From Mobula birostris (Eukaryota), in NCBI RefSeq assembly GCF_030028105.1, contig NC_092381.1, positions 46,663,474-46,727,473 on the forward strand: DNA of 64,000 bases, read 5' to 3'. Positions within the stretch are counted from its first letter, which is position 1. Every line of letters starts with the position of its first letter. The notes under the pieces were generated by a model, which was not told the DNA's origin, ran no database searches, and saw nothing but the letters and a program-made list of their open reading frames with translations. The position numbers and the translations under genes were made by a program. Below are positions 49,010-61,874 of this stretch, piece by piece.

Positions 49010-50596
49010 GCAAATCCCCGCAGGATCTGGTGAACCTGTAATCTCTGTCTCAGTGGCCATTGTCAGAACATCTTTCATGAGGGTGAGTCCTTGCAAGGTG
49101 TCAAGCCTTGATGGTGTACCTGATAGGGCACTGAAAATCTGTGCCAACCAAACGGTGGGTGTGTTGAAGGACATCTTCAATCTGTCACTGCTGCAGACGG
49201 AAGTTCCCACCTGCTTCAGAAGGGAGGCAATCATACCAGTGCCCAAGAAGAGAAGGCTGAGCTGTCTCAATGACCGTCACCCAGTTGCACTCACATCTAC
49301 TGTGATGAGGTGCTTTGTGAAGTTAGTAATGGCCAGAATCAACTCCCGCCTGAAAAAGGACCTGGACCTGGTGCAGTTTGCCTGTCACCACAATAAGTCT
49401 GCAGTGGATGTAATCTCATTGGTTCTGCACTTGGCCTTGGATCACCCAGACAATAGCAATACCCATGTCAGGCTGCTGTTTATTGAACAGCTCAGCGTTC
49501 AACACTATTATACCCTCAGTACTAATAAACAAGCTCCAAAACCTGAGCCTCTGTACTTCCCTCTGCAACTGGATCCTTGACTTCCCCATCGGGAAACCAC
49601 AGTCAGTGCAGATCAGAAATAGCATCTACTCCTCACGGACAATCTACACTGGTGCACCTCAAGGATGTGTTTTGAGCCCACTGCTGTATTCTCTCTGTAG
49701 CCACAACTGTGTGGCTAGGCACAGCTGAAATGCCATCTATAAATTTGCCAATGACCGAACTATTGTTGGCAGAATTTCAGGTGGTGAGGAGAAGATGCAC
49801 AGGAGTGAAATAAATCAGCTGGTTAAGTGGTGACACAACAACAACTTTGCACTCAATGTCAGTAAGATCAAAGAATTGATTGTGGACTTCAGGAAGGAAA
49901 GTCAAGGGAACACACACCAGCCCTCATCGAGGGATCAGTAGTGAAAAGGGTGAGGAGTTTCAAGTTCCTTGGTGTCAACATCTCTGGTGGTCTATCCTGG
50001 GCCTAACACATAGATGCAATTTCAATGAAGGCACACTGATGGCTATATTTCATGAGGAGTGTGAGGTGACTTGGAATGCCACCAAAAGACTCACAAATTT
50101 CTACAAATACACATATCGTGGAAAACACTCTACTTGGTTGCATCACCGTCTGCTACAGAGGGACCTCTGTACAGGATTGGACAAAGTCGCAGAAAGTTGT
50201 AAACTCTGCCAGCTCAATCCTCGGCCTCCTCTGCACTGAGGACATCTTCTAAAGGTAATGGTTCAAAAACGTGAGATCCATCACTAAGGACTCCTATCAC
50301 CCAGGACATGCCTTCTTCACATTGCTACCATCAAGGAGAGGTACAGGGGCCTGAAGAGACATACTCAGTGTTTTAGGAACATATTTTTCCCCACCAACAT
50401 TAAATTTCTGAATGGACAATGACACTATCTCGCTTTTTTTGACTTTCTTTTTGCACGGCTTAATTAATTTGAATTTTAAAAATATGTACTGTATATATTG
50501 TAATTTAGTTTTTAAAATATTATGTCTTGCAATGTACTGCTGCCACAAAACAGCACATTTCACGACATATGCCAGTGATATACCTGATTCAGATTC
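49010..50596 (+). mobile_element. Rex1/Babar RT fragment
   Basis: [39 protein letters not shown]; GATTC tail. Confidence 0.85.
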
Positions 50597-51243
50597 TTTG
50601 GTTAGGTAAAATTTGGAGTATTTTGTGCATTTCAGATCACTGCATTTATAGGGAGGATGCAGAGGGTGTGGAGAGATGCATAAGGGGTTCATCAGGATGT
50701 TGTCTTGAGAAAATATTATCTATAAAGAGAGTTTGGATAAACCTGGACTGTTTTTTTCTGAAGAGTTGGTGACTTTATGGAAGTATATAAAATTAAGTGG
50801 AGCATAGATAGGATAGGTAGTCAGTTTCTTTCATTCCCCCCAGGATGGGCACATTAAATACCAGAGGGCAAAGCTTTAAGGGAAGAATTGAAAGGATATT
50901 TATGAAGCAAGTTTTTTAAAAATAGAGTCATAAGTGTCTGGAAAGTGCTGTTAAGGAGATATAGTAGATATGATAGCAATATTTAAGAGGCATTTAGGCA
51001 GGCAAAGCAATAGGCAGAGCCTCAGTGGATATAGATGATGTGCAAGCAGGTAGGATTAATTTAAACTGGCATCATTGTCAGCATAGTTGTCACAGGCTGA
51101 AGTACTGTTTTCTGTTTGATTACTGATTATATATGCTGCCTCACTCTGTTATTTTTATCATCTAGTTATAATATAGTTTTCACTACAGCATGTTCCTTAA
51201 GCAACTTTTTGATAGTTTGCAATTTCATCTGCTTTTTTTTTAG

Positions 51244-51471
51244 ATGGCATCTGCCGCAGATTCAAGATATGGACAGAAGGATGCATCAGATCAGAATTTT
51301 GATTATATGTTCAAACTTCTCATAATTGGAAACAGCAGTGTGGGCAAGACTTCTTTCCTTTTCAGATATGCAGATGACACATTCACATCAGCCTTCGTTA
51401 GTACCGTTGGTATTGACTTTAAAGTGAAGACCGTTTACAGAAATGATAAAAGGGTCAAGTTGCAGATTTGG
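51244..51471 (+). CDS. RAB3B: Ras-related protein Rab-3B, first coding exon (76 codons); remaining exons not seen in the window
   Basis: [76 protein letters not shown]; acceptor ttttAG|ATG and donor GTAGGT. Paralogue assigned from KDAS, DDT, TVY, RVK residues and TXNDC12 synteny. Confidence 0.93.
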
Positions 51472-52269
51472 GTAGGTGATGTTTTCGCCTTATCATTTTT
51501 TCCCTGAATCAATGAAACACAGAAAATGCTTCCCTCCTTGCATAGCTTAATAAGTTAACTCTGAGTGCTAGTGTGCAAAAGAAATATTGAAAATTATCAT
51601 ATTCAATATTGTGATTGTGACTCTTAATTGCTGTATCAACGAGGGTGGCCATTTTTGTGGCATTGAGGAGGCAACATTATGAGGTACCAATAGCTGAGCT
51701 CAGATAGGAGTTCAGCAGTGGACATTTTGGAAGGAAAGTGAAGACTTAAGAGGTTAAGGTTTGGAGAAAGCATATAGTGGAGAGTAGAGAAAATATGCAG
51801 TAGCAAGGGAAAGAGCTCTATTTCTGCTGATTCCTGTTCATCTTCTCACTGACATTTGATAGCCTTTTAAATGCTGCTAAGTTGTATTTAATTCTACTAA
51901 CATGAATATTTTACTTCCTTTTTATGGAATATAATGAAATTAAAAGTTACGAATATTCTGGACATTACTGAATCAGCTTTTTTGGTTTAAACTTCCAAAG
52001 TCTGTTGGGAGGACAAGTCACTGTAGAATACCCAATACACTCAGTAAGGTGTTTAAACTTAGGCTATTTGGTATGGATTGATTGAACCGTTGAAGTAAAA
52101 TTCTTTCTTGGGAAGTGAAGATATGCCTACAGGAGGAACATGAAAATGAATGTAAGATTTTATGAAGCATTCAGACCTAAAATTCACCACCTTAAAAAGT
52201 GGCAAACAAGGAAATTATTTTGGGGATCTGACGGAACCATGTTATTTATGTATTTGAGGAAAGCAATTT

Positions 52270-53033
52270 CATGAAAAGCATGATGGCAGAATATAGTATT
52301 AATGGTGAGACTCTTGGCAGTGTGGAGGATCAGAGGGATCTTGGGGTCCGAGTCCATAGGACACTCAAAGCTGCTACGCAGGTTGACTCTGTGGTTAAGA
52401 AGGCATACGGTGCGTTGGCCTTCATCAGTCATGGGATAGAGTTTAAGAACTGAGAGGTAATATTGCAGCTATATAGGATCCTGGTCAGAGCCTACTTGGA
52501 GTACTGTGCTCAGTTCTGGTCACCTCACTACAGGAAGAATGTGGAAACCATAGCAATGGTGCAGAGGAGATTTACAAGGATGTTGCCTGGATTGGGGAGC
52601 ATGCCTTATGAGAATAGTTTGAGTGAACTCGGCCTTTTCTCCTTGGAGTGACGGAGGATGAGGGGTGACCTGATAGAGGTGTATAAGATGATGAGAGGCA
52701 TTGATCGTGTAGATAGTCAGAAACTTTTCCCCAGGGCTGAAATGGCTAGCATGAGAGGGCATAGTTTTAAGGTGCTTAGAAGTAGGTACAGAGGAGATAT
52801 CAGGGGTAAGTTTTTTACGCAGAGAATGGTGAGTGTGTGGAATGGGCTGCCGGCGGTGGTGGTGGAGGCGGAAACGATGGGGTCTTTTAAGAGACTCCTG
52901 GATGGCTACATGGAGCTTAGAAAAATAGAGGGCTATGGGTAAAGCCTAGGTAGTTCTAAGGTAAGGATATGTTTGGCGCAGTTTTGTGGGCTGAAGGGCC
53001 TGTATTGTGCTGTCGGCTTTCTATGTTTCTATG
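52270..53033 (+). mobile_element. CR1 3' fragment, relatively young
   Basis: VEDQRDLGVRVH, LEYCAQFWSPHY, MRGDLIEVYK; TTCTATGT tail. Confidence 0.9.
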
Positions 53034-53059
53034 AATGAGTTGAGGTCAAACAAAGCCTG

Positions 53060-53330
53060 GTGTAAATTATAAATATATAAGTTAAACAAGTAGTGCCAAT
53101 AGAGATAAAAAATAGTGAGGTAGTGTTCATGGGTTGGTTCATTGTTCAGAAATCTGATGTCGGAGGGGCAGAAGCTGTTCCTAAATTGTTGAGTGTGTGT
53201 CTTCGGGCTCCTGTATCTTCTCCTTAATGGTAGCAATGAGAAGGGAGCATGTCCCAGGTGATAGTGATCCTGAATGATGGATGCTGCCTATTTGAAGCTT
53301 CACCTTTTGTAGATATTCTCAATGCTGGGA
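53060..53330 (-). mobile_element. Rex1 3' fragment
   Basis: RRYRSPKTHTQQFRNSFCP on minus. Confidence 0.7.
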
Positions 53331-53469
53331 AGAAGGCAGGACTTGGGTGAAGACAAAGGGAGATATTAGAGCAGAAAAAAGTAGGTTTTAAGGAATATCC
53401 TGAGGGGAAAAGAAATAAGGAATTATAGGTTTTTGGGCAGTCTTCTGAAGCTTCTGTTCATCATGTAGG

Positions 53470-55435
53470 TCTTACACAATGAATGGTAGGGCACTGAGGT
53501 GTGGTAGAACAGCGGTCCCAACCACCGGGCCGTGGACGGGTACCAGGCCGCGAGGAAACGATATGATTTGGCGATATGAGTCAGCTGCACCTTTCCTCAT
53601 TCCCTGTCACGGCCACTGTTGATCCATTATGCATGCGAGGTCATTACCCGTGCGTCATCCATGTCAGCGCGGGAAGGAGATCAACTCCTCGAGCTTGCAA
53701 ATGACGACGGGCTGAAAAGTATGTTTGACATAACATTTCTGCCGGCATTCTGGATCAAAGTCAAGGCTGAATATCCTGAGATAGCCACGAAAGCACTGAA
53801 AACGTTGCTTCCGTTTCCAACATTTTTCTGCGAAGCGGAGTTTTCTGTAATGAATGCAACAAAAACTAAATTGCGGAATAGACTGGACATAAGGAACCCC
53901 CTTCGAGTATCGCTGTCTCCCATCACCCCTCGATGGGACCGTCTTGTTGCAGCGAAACAAGCCCAGGGCTCCCACTGATTCAGCGATATTGGTGTGTTGC
54001 AATGATTTTATATGTTCACATGGGGAAAATATATGCTGTGTGTTTAATATCCAAACGTTACTTTAAATGTTATGATGCTATTGACTTACTTATATAACCA
54101 TATAACAATTGCAGCACAGAAACAGGCCATCTCGGCCCCTCTAGTCCGTGCCGAACACTACTCTCACTTAGTCCCACCGACCTGCACTCAGCCCACAACC
54201 CTCCATTCCTTTCCTGTCCATATATCTATCCAATTTTTCTTTAAATGATAATGTCGAACCTGCTTCTGCCACTTCTACTGGAAGTTCATTCAACACTTAC
54301 TTCAAGCTCCCCTGTCCTCCCCTGATAATTATCACTATATTCACGCAAGGAAAATGTGCGCTGTGTGTTTAATATTAAGTTCGTTAGATAAACCCTTTTA
54401 GAAACGAAATTGAGTGTATTAGCCACTTATTACCTATTTTCCGGTCGTGATTAACAACTCCCAACCCCGAACAGAATTGCCAAAAATAATTTGCAGAAAA
54501 AAAATTGGCAGGTACACGCATGGGCAGGTCACGCATGTGCACTGGTGCCCGTGTAAGGCTTCATGGTCATTGTAGTCTTCCTCTGGGTAAACACAACGTA
54601 CTTGACTGCTACTCTTGTCCGTTGGCAACCCTACACCCCCCCGCCCGCCCCCACCCCCACCCCTGGTCGGCCGGTCTGCAAGAATATTGCCAATATTAAA
54701 CTGGTCCGCAGTGCAAAAAAGGTTGGGGACCCCTGTGGTAGAAGAAATAGATCTGGAAATACAGGTCCATAATTCATTGAAAGTGGTGTCACAGGTAGAG
54801 AGGATCATAAAGAAAGCTTTTGGCACATTGGCCTTCATAAATCAAAGTATTGAACACAGGACATGGAATGTTAAATTGAAGTTGTATAAGACATTGGCGA
54901 GGCGTAATTTGGAGTATTGTGTGCAGTTACACCTACCTACAGGAAAGATGTAAATAAAGTTGAAAAAGTATAGAGAAAATTTACAAGGATGTTGCTGGGT
55001 CTGGAGGACCTGAGTTATATGGAAAGATTGAATATGTTAGGACTTTATTCCCTGGAACATAGAAGATTAACGGAAAATTTGATAGAGGTACACAAGATTA
55101 TGAGGGGTACAGAGAGGGTAAATGCAAGCAGGCTTTTTCCACTGAAGTTGGGTGGGACTACAACTAGAAGTCATGGGTTAAGGGTGAAAGATTTAAGGGG
55201 AACCTGAGGGGAAACTTCTTTACTCAGAGGGTTGCGAGAGTGTGGACTGAGCTGCTGGTGCAAGTGGTACATGCGAGCTCGATTTCAACGTTTTAAGAGA
55301 AGTTTGAATACGTATAAGGATGGTAGGGATATGGAGGACTATGGTCCCAGTGCATATTGGAAGTAGGCAGTTTAAATGGCTCAGCAGAGACAAGGTGGGC
55401 TGAAGTCCCTGTTTGTTGTGCTATACTTTTCTAAC
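53470..55435 (+). mobile_element. CR1 3' fragment interrupted by the hAT element
   Basis: CR1 homology on both sides of 53510-54735. Confidence 0.75.
53510..54735 (+). mobile_element. Non-autonomous hAT Charlie/Buster-type element
   Basis: TIR CAGCGGTCCCAACC / GGTTGGGGACCCCTG; perfect TSD TGGTAGAA (53502-53509 / 54736-54743); C-terminal dimerisation remnant FWIKVKAEYPEIATKALKTLLPFPT..CEAEFS...KQAQGSH. Confidence 0.92.
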
Positions 55436-56159
55436 TAGATTTAAAATTAAATGTCCATTCAAGGAGTGCAGAAATCTCTGAGGTTAGTTGCACAGACCTG
55501 CTGATTTCCTCCAGCATTTTATGTAGGTTGTGGGGATTATACAGATAGGGAGCAGTGAAAATCTGAGACATTTGAAAACAAGCATGAGAATTTTCAAATT
55601 ATGCTGAGACCATGGGCACAGGAGTATTAGGTGAATGGGACAGTACCAATTAGGGCAACACAGCAAGGTTTCAGATGAATGTAAGTTTATGGAGGGTGTA
55701 ATCAGGTGCAATGGTTGCAGGGGCACTTAGTTTTAAACCGCCTGATTTTCCTTCTATTTAAACATAGTTAGCAGGATTGCTTTCCATGAGTAGAAAATGA
55801 CTTGCAACAGGTTATTATTTGAGCTGTATTTACCTACAGGTACATTACTACACCAACTGTAATCCAGGAAATAACCATGACTCACTCATTCTGTGGTAGA
55901 ACATTGTGTCCAAAGCTGCTGAGTCAATTGAGGGGAGGTCCTATCAGGACTATCTCATCCTGAATGGCTTAAGCAAAATTTTCAGTTTGTCAGTTGCTGC
56001 CTTCATTCTCTTTCAGAAAAATGTTCTGTGCAGCCAAAAGCTTGTACACAAGGCAGTGTCCCAGAGAGCACCGTGCAAAGCTTTTTATATCGGTCCTGGC
56101 ATGGTTGTTGTCTGAATAAACAATTGAGAGAAAATTGTTTGTATTCTTTTACAAACTGT

Positions 56160-58852
56160 TAGAAACATAGAAACATAGAAAACCTATGGCACTATACAGG
56201 CCCTTCGGCCCACAAAGCTGTCCTTACCTGAGAAATTACCTGGGGTTACCCATAGCCCTCTATTTTCCTAAGCTCCATGTACCTGTCCAGGAGTCTCTTA
56301 AAAGACCCTATCATATCTGCCTCCACCACTGTCGCCAGCAGCCCATTCCACACACTCACCACTCTCTGCGTAAAAAAAAACTTACCCCTGATATCTCCTC
56401 TATACCTACTTCCAAGCTCCTTAAAACTGTGCCCTCTCATGCTCAACCTATTCTCATAAGGCATGCTCCCCAATCCACATCCTTGTAAATCTCCTCTGCA
56501 CCCTTTCTATGGCTTCCACATCCTTTCTGTAGTGAGGCGACCAGAACTGGGCACAGTACTCCAAGTTGGGTCTGACTGGGGTCCTATATAGCTGCAACAT
56601 TACCTCTTGGCTCCTAAACTCAATCCTACAATTGATGGAGGCCAATGAACTGTGTGCTTTCTTAACCACAGAGTCAACCTGCACAGCAGCCTTGAGTATC
56701 CTATGGACTCGGACCCCAAGATCCCTCTGATCCTCCACACTGCTAAGAGTCTTACCATTAATACTATATTCTGTCATCATATTTGACCTACCAAAATGAA
56801 CTACCTCACATTTATCTGGGTTGAACTCCATCTGCCACTTCTCAGCCCATTTTTGCAATCTATCAATGTCCCGCTGTAACCTCTGACAGCCCTCCACACT
56901 ATCCACAACACCCCAACCTTCATGTCATCAGCAAATTTACTAACCCCTCCCTCCACTTCTTCATCCAGGTCATTTATAAAAATCATGAAGAGTAGGGGTC
57001 CCAGAACAGATCCCTGAGGCACACCACTGGTGACCGACCTCCTTGCAGAATATGACCTGTCCACAACCACTCTTTGCCTTCTGTGGGCAAGCCAGTTCTG
57101 GATCCACAAAGCAATGTCCCCTTATATCCCATGCCTCCTCACTTTCTCAATAAGCCTGGCATGGGGTACCTTATCAAATGCCTTGCTGATATTCATATAC
57201 ACTACATCTACTGCTCTACTGTCACGTCCTCAAAATATTCAATCAAGCTCGTAAGGCACGACCTGCCTTTGACAAAGCCATGCTGACTATTCCTAATCAT
57301 ATTATGCCTCTCCAAATGTTCATAAATCCTGCCTTTCAGGATCTTTTCCATCAACTTACCAACCACTGAGATAAGACTCACTGGTCTATAATTTCCTGGG
57401 CTATCTCTACTCACGTTCTTGAATAATGGAACAACATGCACACCCCTCCAATCCTCCGGAACTTCTCCCGTCCTCATTGATGATGCAAAGATCATTGCCA
57501 GAGGCTCAGCAATCAACTCCATCACCTCCCACAGTAGCCTGGGGTACATCTCTTCTGGTCCCAGTGACTTATCCAACTTAAACGCAAACAACAGGAATTC
57601 TGCAGATGCTGGAAGTTCAAGCAACACATATCAAAGTTGCTGGTGAACACAGCAGGCCTGCTGCATTCACCAGCAACTTTGATGTGTGTGACTTATCCAA
57701 CTTGATGCTTTCCAAAAGATGCAGCACATCCTCTTTCTTAATGTCTATATGCTCAAGCTTTTCAGTCCACTGTAAGTCATCCCTCCAACTGCCAAGATCC
57801 TTTTCCGTAGGGAATACTAAAGCAAAGTACTCATTAAGTACCTCTGCTGTCTCCTCTGGTTCCATACACAGTTTTCCACTGTCACACTTGATTGGTCCTA
57901 TTCTCTCACATCTTATCCTCTTGCTCTTAACATACTTGTAGAATGCCTTGGGGTTTTCCTTAATCCTGTCTGCCAAGGCCTTCTCATGGCCCCTTCTGGC
58001 TCTCATAATTTCTTTCTTGAGTTCCTTCCTGCTAGCCTTATAATCTTCTAGCTCTCTATTATTACCTAGCTTTTTGAACCTTTCATAAGCTCTTCTTTTG
58101 TCTTGATTAGATTTTCAACAGCCTTTATACACCACTGTTCCTGTAACCTACTATCCTTTCCCTGTCTCATTGGAACATACCTATGCAGAACCCCACGCAA
58201 ATATCCCCTGAACATTTGCCACTTTTCTTCTGTACATTTCCCTGAGAACATCTGTTTCCAATTTATGCTTCCGAATTCCTGCCTGATAGCCTCATATTTC
58301 CCCTTACTCCAATTAAACGCTTTCCTAACTTGTCTGTTCCTATCCCTCTCCAATGGTATGGTAAAGGAGATAGAATTGTGATCACTATCTCCAAAATGCT
58401 CTCCCACTGAGAGATCTGACACCTGACCAGGTTCATTTCCCAATACCAAATCAAGTACAGCCTCTTCTCTTGTTGGCTTATCTACGTATTGTGTCAAGGT
58501 ACCTTCCTGAACACACCTAACAAACTCCACCCCATCTAAACCCCTCGCTCTAGGGACATGCCAATCGGTATTTGGGAAATTAAAATCTCCCATCATGACA
58601 ACCCTGTTATTATTACACCTTTCCAGAATCTGTCTCCCTATCTGCTCCTCGATGTCCTTGTTACTATTGGGTGATCTATAAAAAATACCCAGTAGAGTAG
58701 ACCCCTTCCTGTTCCTAACTTCCACCCACAGAGACTCCATGGACCATCCCTCCATGTCATCCTCCTTTTCTACGGCCATGACACTATCTCTGATCATCAG
58801 TGCCATGCCCCCACCTCTTTTGCTTCCCTCTCTGTCCTTTCTGAAGCATCTA
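56160..58852 (-). mobile_element. CR1 LINE, endonuclease to 3' tail, degenerate
   Basis: ORFs 58066-58806 (GDFN, SDH), 57617-58006, 57208-57627, 56801-57109 (FADD) and 56454-56906; AGAAACAT tail. Confidence 0.92.
57580..57687. mobile_element. Fold-back Penelope-derived insertion
   Basis: Palindrome centred on CAGG|CCTG (57624-57689); 16-bp TSD GTGACTTATCCAACTT (57564-57579 / 57688-57703). Confidence 0.9.
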
Positions 58853-60664
58853 CATGTTAAATGTAGATTTTGAGATTATAAAACGTGGAGCAGAATTAGG
58901 CTAGTTGGTCCATCAAGCGTGCTCCACCATTCCATCAAGGCTGATTAATATCCCTCTCAACCCCACTCTCTGCTTTCTCCGACTTGGCTAATTTTGCAGA
59001 TTAAGTATACAGTGATAAATATAATTAACATTAATAAAGCAAAGACAAAGGGTGATATTAGATCATGCAGAGTATGCACTTTATTTTGCATTCTTTATTA
59101 CTTTTTCCTGCTAGGTGATGATTTTAACCTTTAAGCTGTATATAATTTATCATTCAACATTAACTCGATTGCAGAACTCCTTTTTAATTCCTTAATTTGT
59201 TATGCTCCCTCACTTTCTAAATCAGATCTTTTATTCTTGTGTGAAGAAGAATGCTTTCCTGCTTTTCTTTTTGTGCAATGACCTGTTAACTATAGTTCTG
59301 TGACTAGTGTGGTCTAAACCAGGAATACTTTTCAAATCATTCTATATTAAACAAAGATTTATCTGAAATAATGCAAGCCTGGATTATAATTACATCTTCT
59401 AAAAAAAAAATCTCAAACACCATTCCATTCTTGCAAAGAAAAGGGAAAAGACTAAAGTCAATATTAAAAAAAAATTATCTGTATGGCATGAGCCATCTGA
59501 TTAACCATTTTCTTTGAATGCAATTAATGAGCATAATTACCCTAGCCCAATTACTAATGTCAGTGAGTTTAATCCTTAGAGCTATTTAGGTGGGATTGAA
59601 TTTAATCAGTTAGCAAAATCCTTTCTCATCTCTGATTTTAATTGTAGGTGGCACTTGGCCTCAATTAAGTTCACATTGCTCTGATGAATCTGTTGCATCA
59701 GGCCTCTCAAACCTTCAGCAATTAAAGCAACAATTCCACTTGGATCTATCCACTTTCCATTGGGAAAGATAACAACCATTCTGTAACGATTAATATATAG
59801 TCTGCAGCGACAACAAACAGGGACTGATGACTTGTCACCTTTTCCACTCCACATACAGGTTGTCCTACCATGTCACCCATGGGGAAAAGCTGTTCAAGTT
59901 GCTCACTCCAGTTGGTTGCCTATCTGAGAGTGAGAAGTTAGGTCCATCCCTGTTCCCAGCAGGAGTGCTGGGTGCATAAATTGTCAATCAAATGGACAAC
60001 AGAAGGGGCAGATCTTCAAACAATACTTCCCCCAATCATCCTTCGCCCTACTCTTTCTATCTTTTTTGTACATGGTTTGAAGATGAATGTGACTAACCAC
60101 CTGCTCTTAAACCATGCAATCTTCTACTTGGTCACTTGGTACCAACACAACATTGTAACCTGAAATAGCACAGTGCAATGGCTCCCTTTGAGATACCAAA
60201 ATACTTTTGACAGCCAGTGAAGCCTGTCCTTGGACTGAATGACTATCAAAGTTGCAGCTAAAATTGAATATTTTTGAATGCTTTTGATATCCATAAATCT
60301 TTAGGAACCATTAAAAAATAAGAAAATAAAATTATTTACAGAAATTTTAAAAATTGAAAAAATGTAACCGAAAATGTTCCCAGACATACTTAAAATTATT
60401 AAATGAATTGAAGTTACTGACTTAAATAAATTAGTAGCTCTCCAAATTGTTCTCCCAGTGCTTGTTAATTCCCATTGATCTTAAAATGGCCTCAGTAACC
60501 TTGCCAGGTCTACAGACTAACCTGGCAGAGGATTAGCTGACTGCTTTACAGGCCTGAGAGCTGAGAAATCTAAAGATGTCTGTGCTGTCCCACTGAACCT
60601 CTGTTGGAGCTTATTGGCAAAGTGCAGTCGATTTGCTGGCGTTTAAGTGGAAAATCTTTGGCAG

Positions 60665-61310
60665 CATCACGTTTATTATCACTGACGTCTGCCATGAAAT
60701 TTGTTGTTTGTGGCAGCAGTACAGTGCAAGACATATAAATGACAGTAAGTTACAAAAACAAATAGAGTAGAAGAGGAATGGTGAGGTAGTGTTCATGGAC
60801 CATTCAGAAATCTGATGGTGGAGGCGAAGAAGCTGTTCCTGAAATGTTGAGATGGGTCTTCAGGCTCTGGTACCTCCTCCTTGATGGTAGTAATGAGAAG
60901 TGGGCATGTGCTGGATGGTGAGGGTTCTTAATAATGGATGTTGCCTTCTTGAAGCACCGCCTTTTGAAGATGTCCTCAGTGGTGGGGAGGCCTATGCCAG
61001 CAATGCAGGGGGCGGAGTCTGGATCCCTTTGCAGGCTCTTTCAATTCTGCACACTGGAGCCTCCATAACAGGTGGTGTTGAAACCACTCAGAATGCTCTC
61101 CACTGTACATCTGTAGAAATATTTTAGAGTCTTTGGTAACATACCAAATTTCCCCAAAATCCTAATGAAGTACGGGCACTGGCATACCTTCTTCATGACT
61201 GTATCGGTGTACTGGAGCCAGGATAGATCCCCCAAGCTTGTAGCTGCTCATCCTTTCCACTGCTGATTGGAGTATGTTCTCCTGACTTCCTCTTCCTGGA
61301 GTCCGCAATC
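60665..61310 (-). mobile_element. Rex1 3' fragment
   Basis: FYRCTVESILSG on minus. Confidence 0.75.
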
Positions 61311-61339
61311 AATCAGATCTCCATAAACTGTATAATGCA

Positions 61340-61860
61340 CTTGTGAGCCTACACCTACACCTTAAGTACTGTGTACGATTTTGGCCATATTTTGTGAGGA
61401 GTGTGAAGGCACTGGAGAGAGTTCAGTGATGGGCAACTAGACTCATTCCAGGTTGCAGGTATGAGCCATGAAGAAAGGTTAAAAGAATTAAATCTTTTTA
61501 GCCTAAGTAGATGTAGAATGAGAGGAGACATGATAGAAATGCTCAAAATCATTAAGGGTATCAGTAAAATGGATGCCAGCAGCTACTTCAAAATTAACCC
61601 ATCAATGAGGACATGGGGCCATAGGTGCAGACTGGTTAAAAGGAGTTTTCAGTCTCCTTTTTCTTTACAAAGCATTTCTTTACAAAGTGAGTTGTGAACA
61701 CATGGAACAAACTACCTAGTTGTGTAGTTGAGAGTAGCACCTGAGAGACTTTCAAATCTAAACCCGTTAGTTATTTCAACATATGATATGAATAGGAATT
61801 CGGCAAGCTTTGTTGGGCCGAACGGCCTGGTCTTGTCAAAAACTTCCAAGTGTTCTAGTT
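61340..61860 (+). mobile_element. CR1 3' fragment
   Basis: MSHEERLKELNLFSLSRCRMRGDMIE. Confidence 0.8.
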
Positions 61861-61874
61861 AATTGGCCCTGCTA

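Larger units (their letters stand above)
45530..51115 (+). mobile_element. Old CR1 LINE split into three pieces (45530-46615, 48450-49005, 50597-51115) by two Rex1 insertions
   Basis: CR1 homology is colinear across both gaps (YMDF|SK.F and QLYK.|LVR). Confidence 0.75.
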
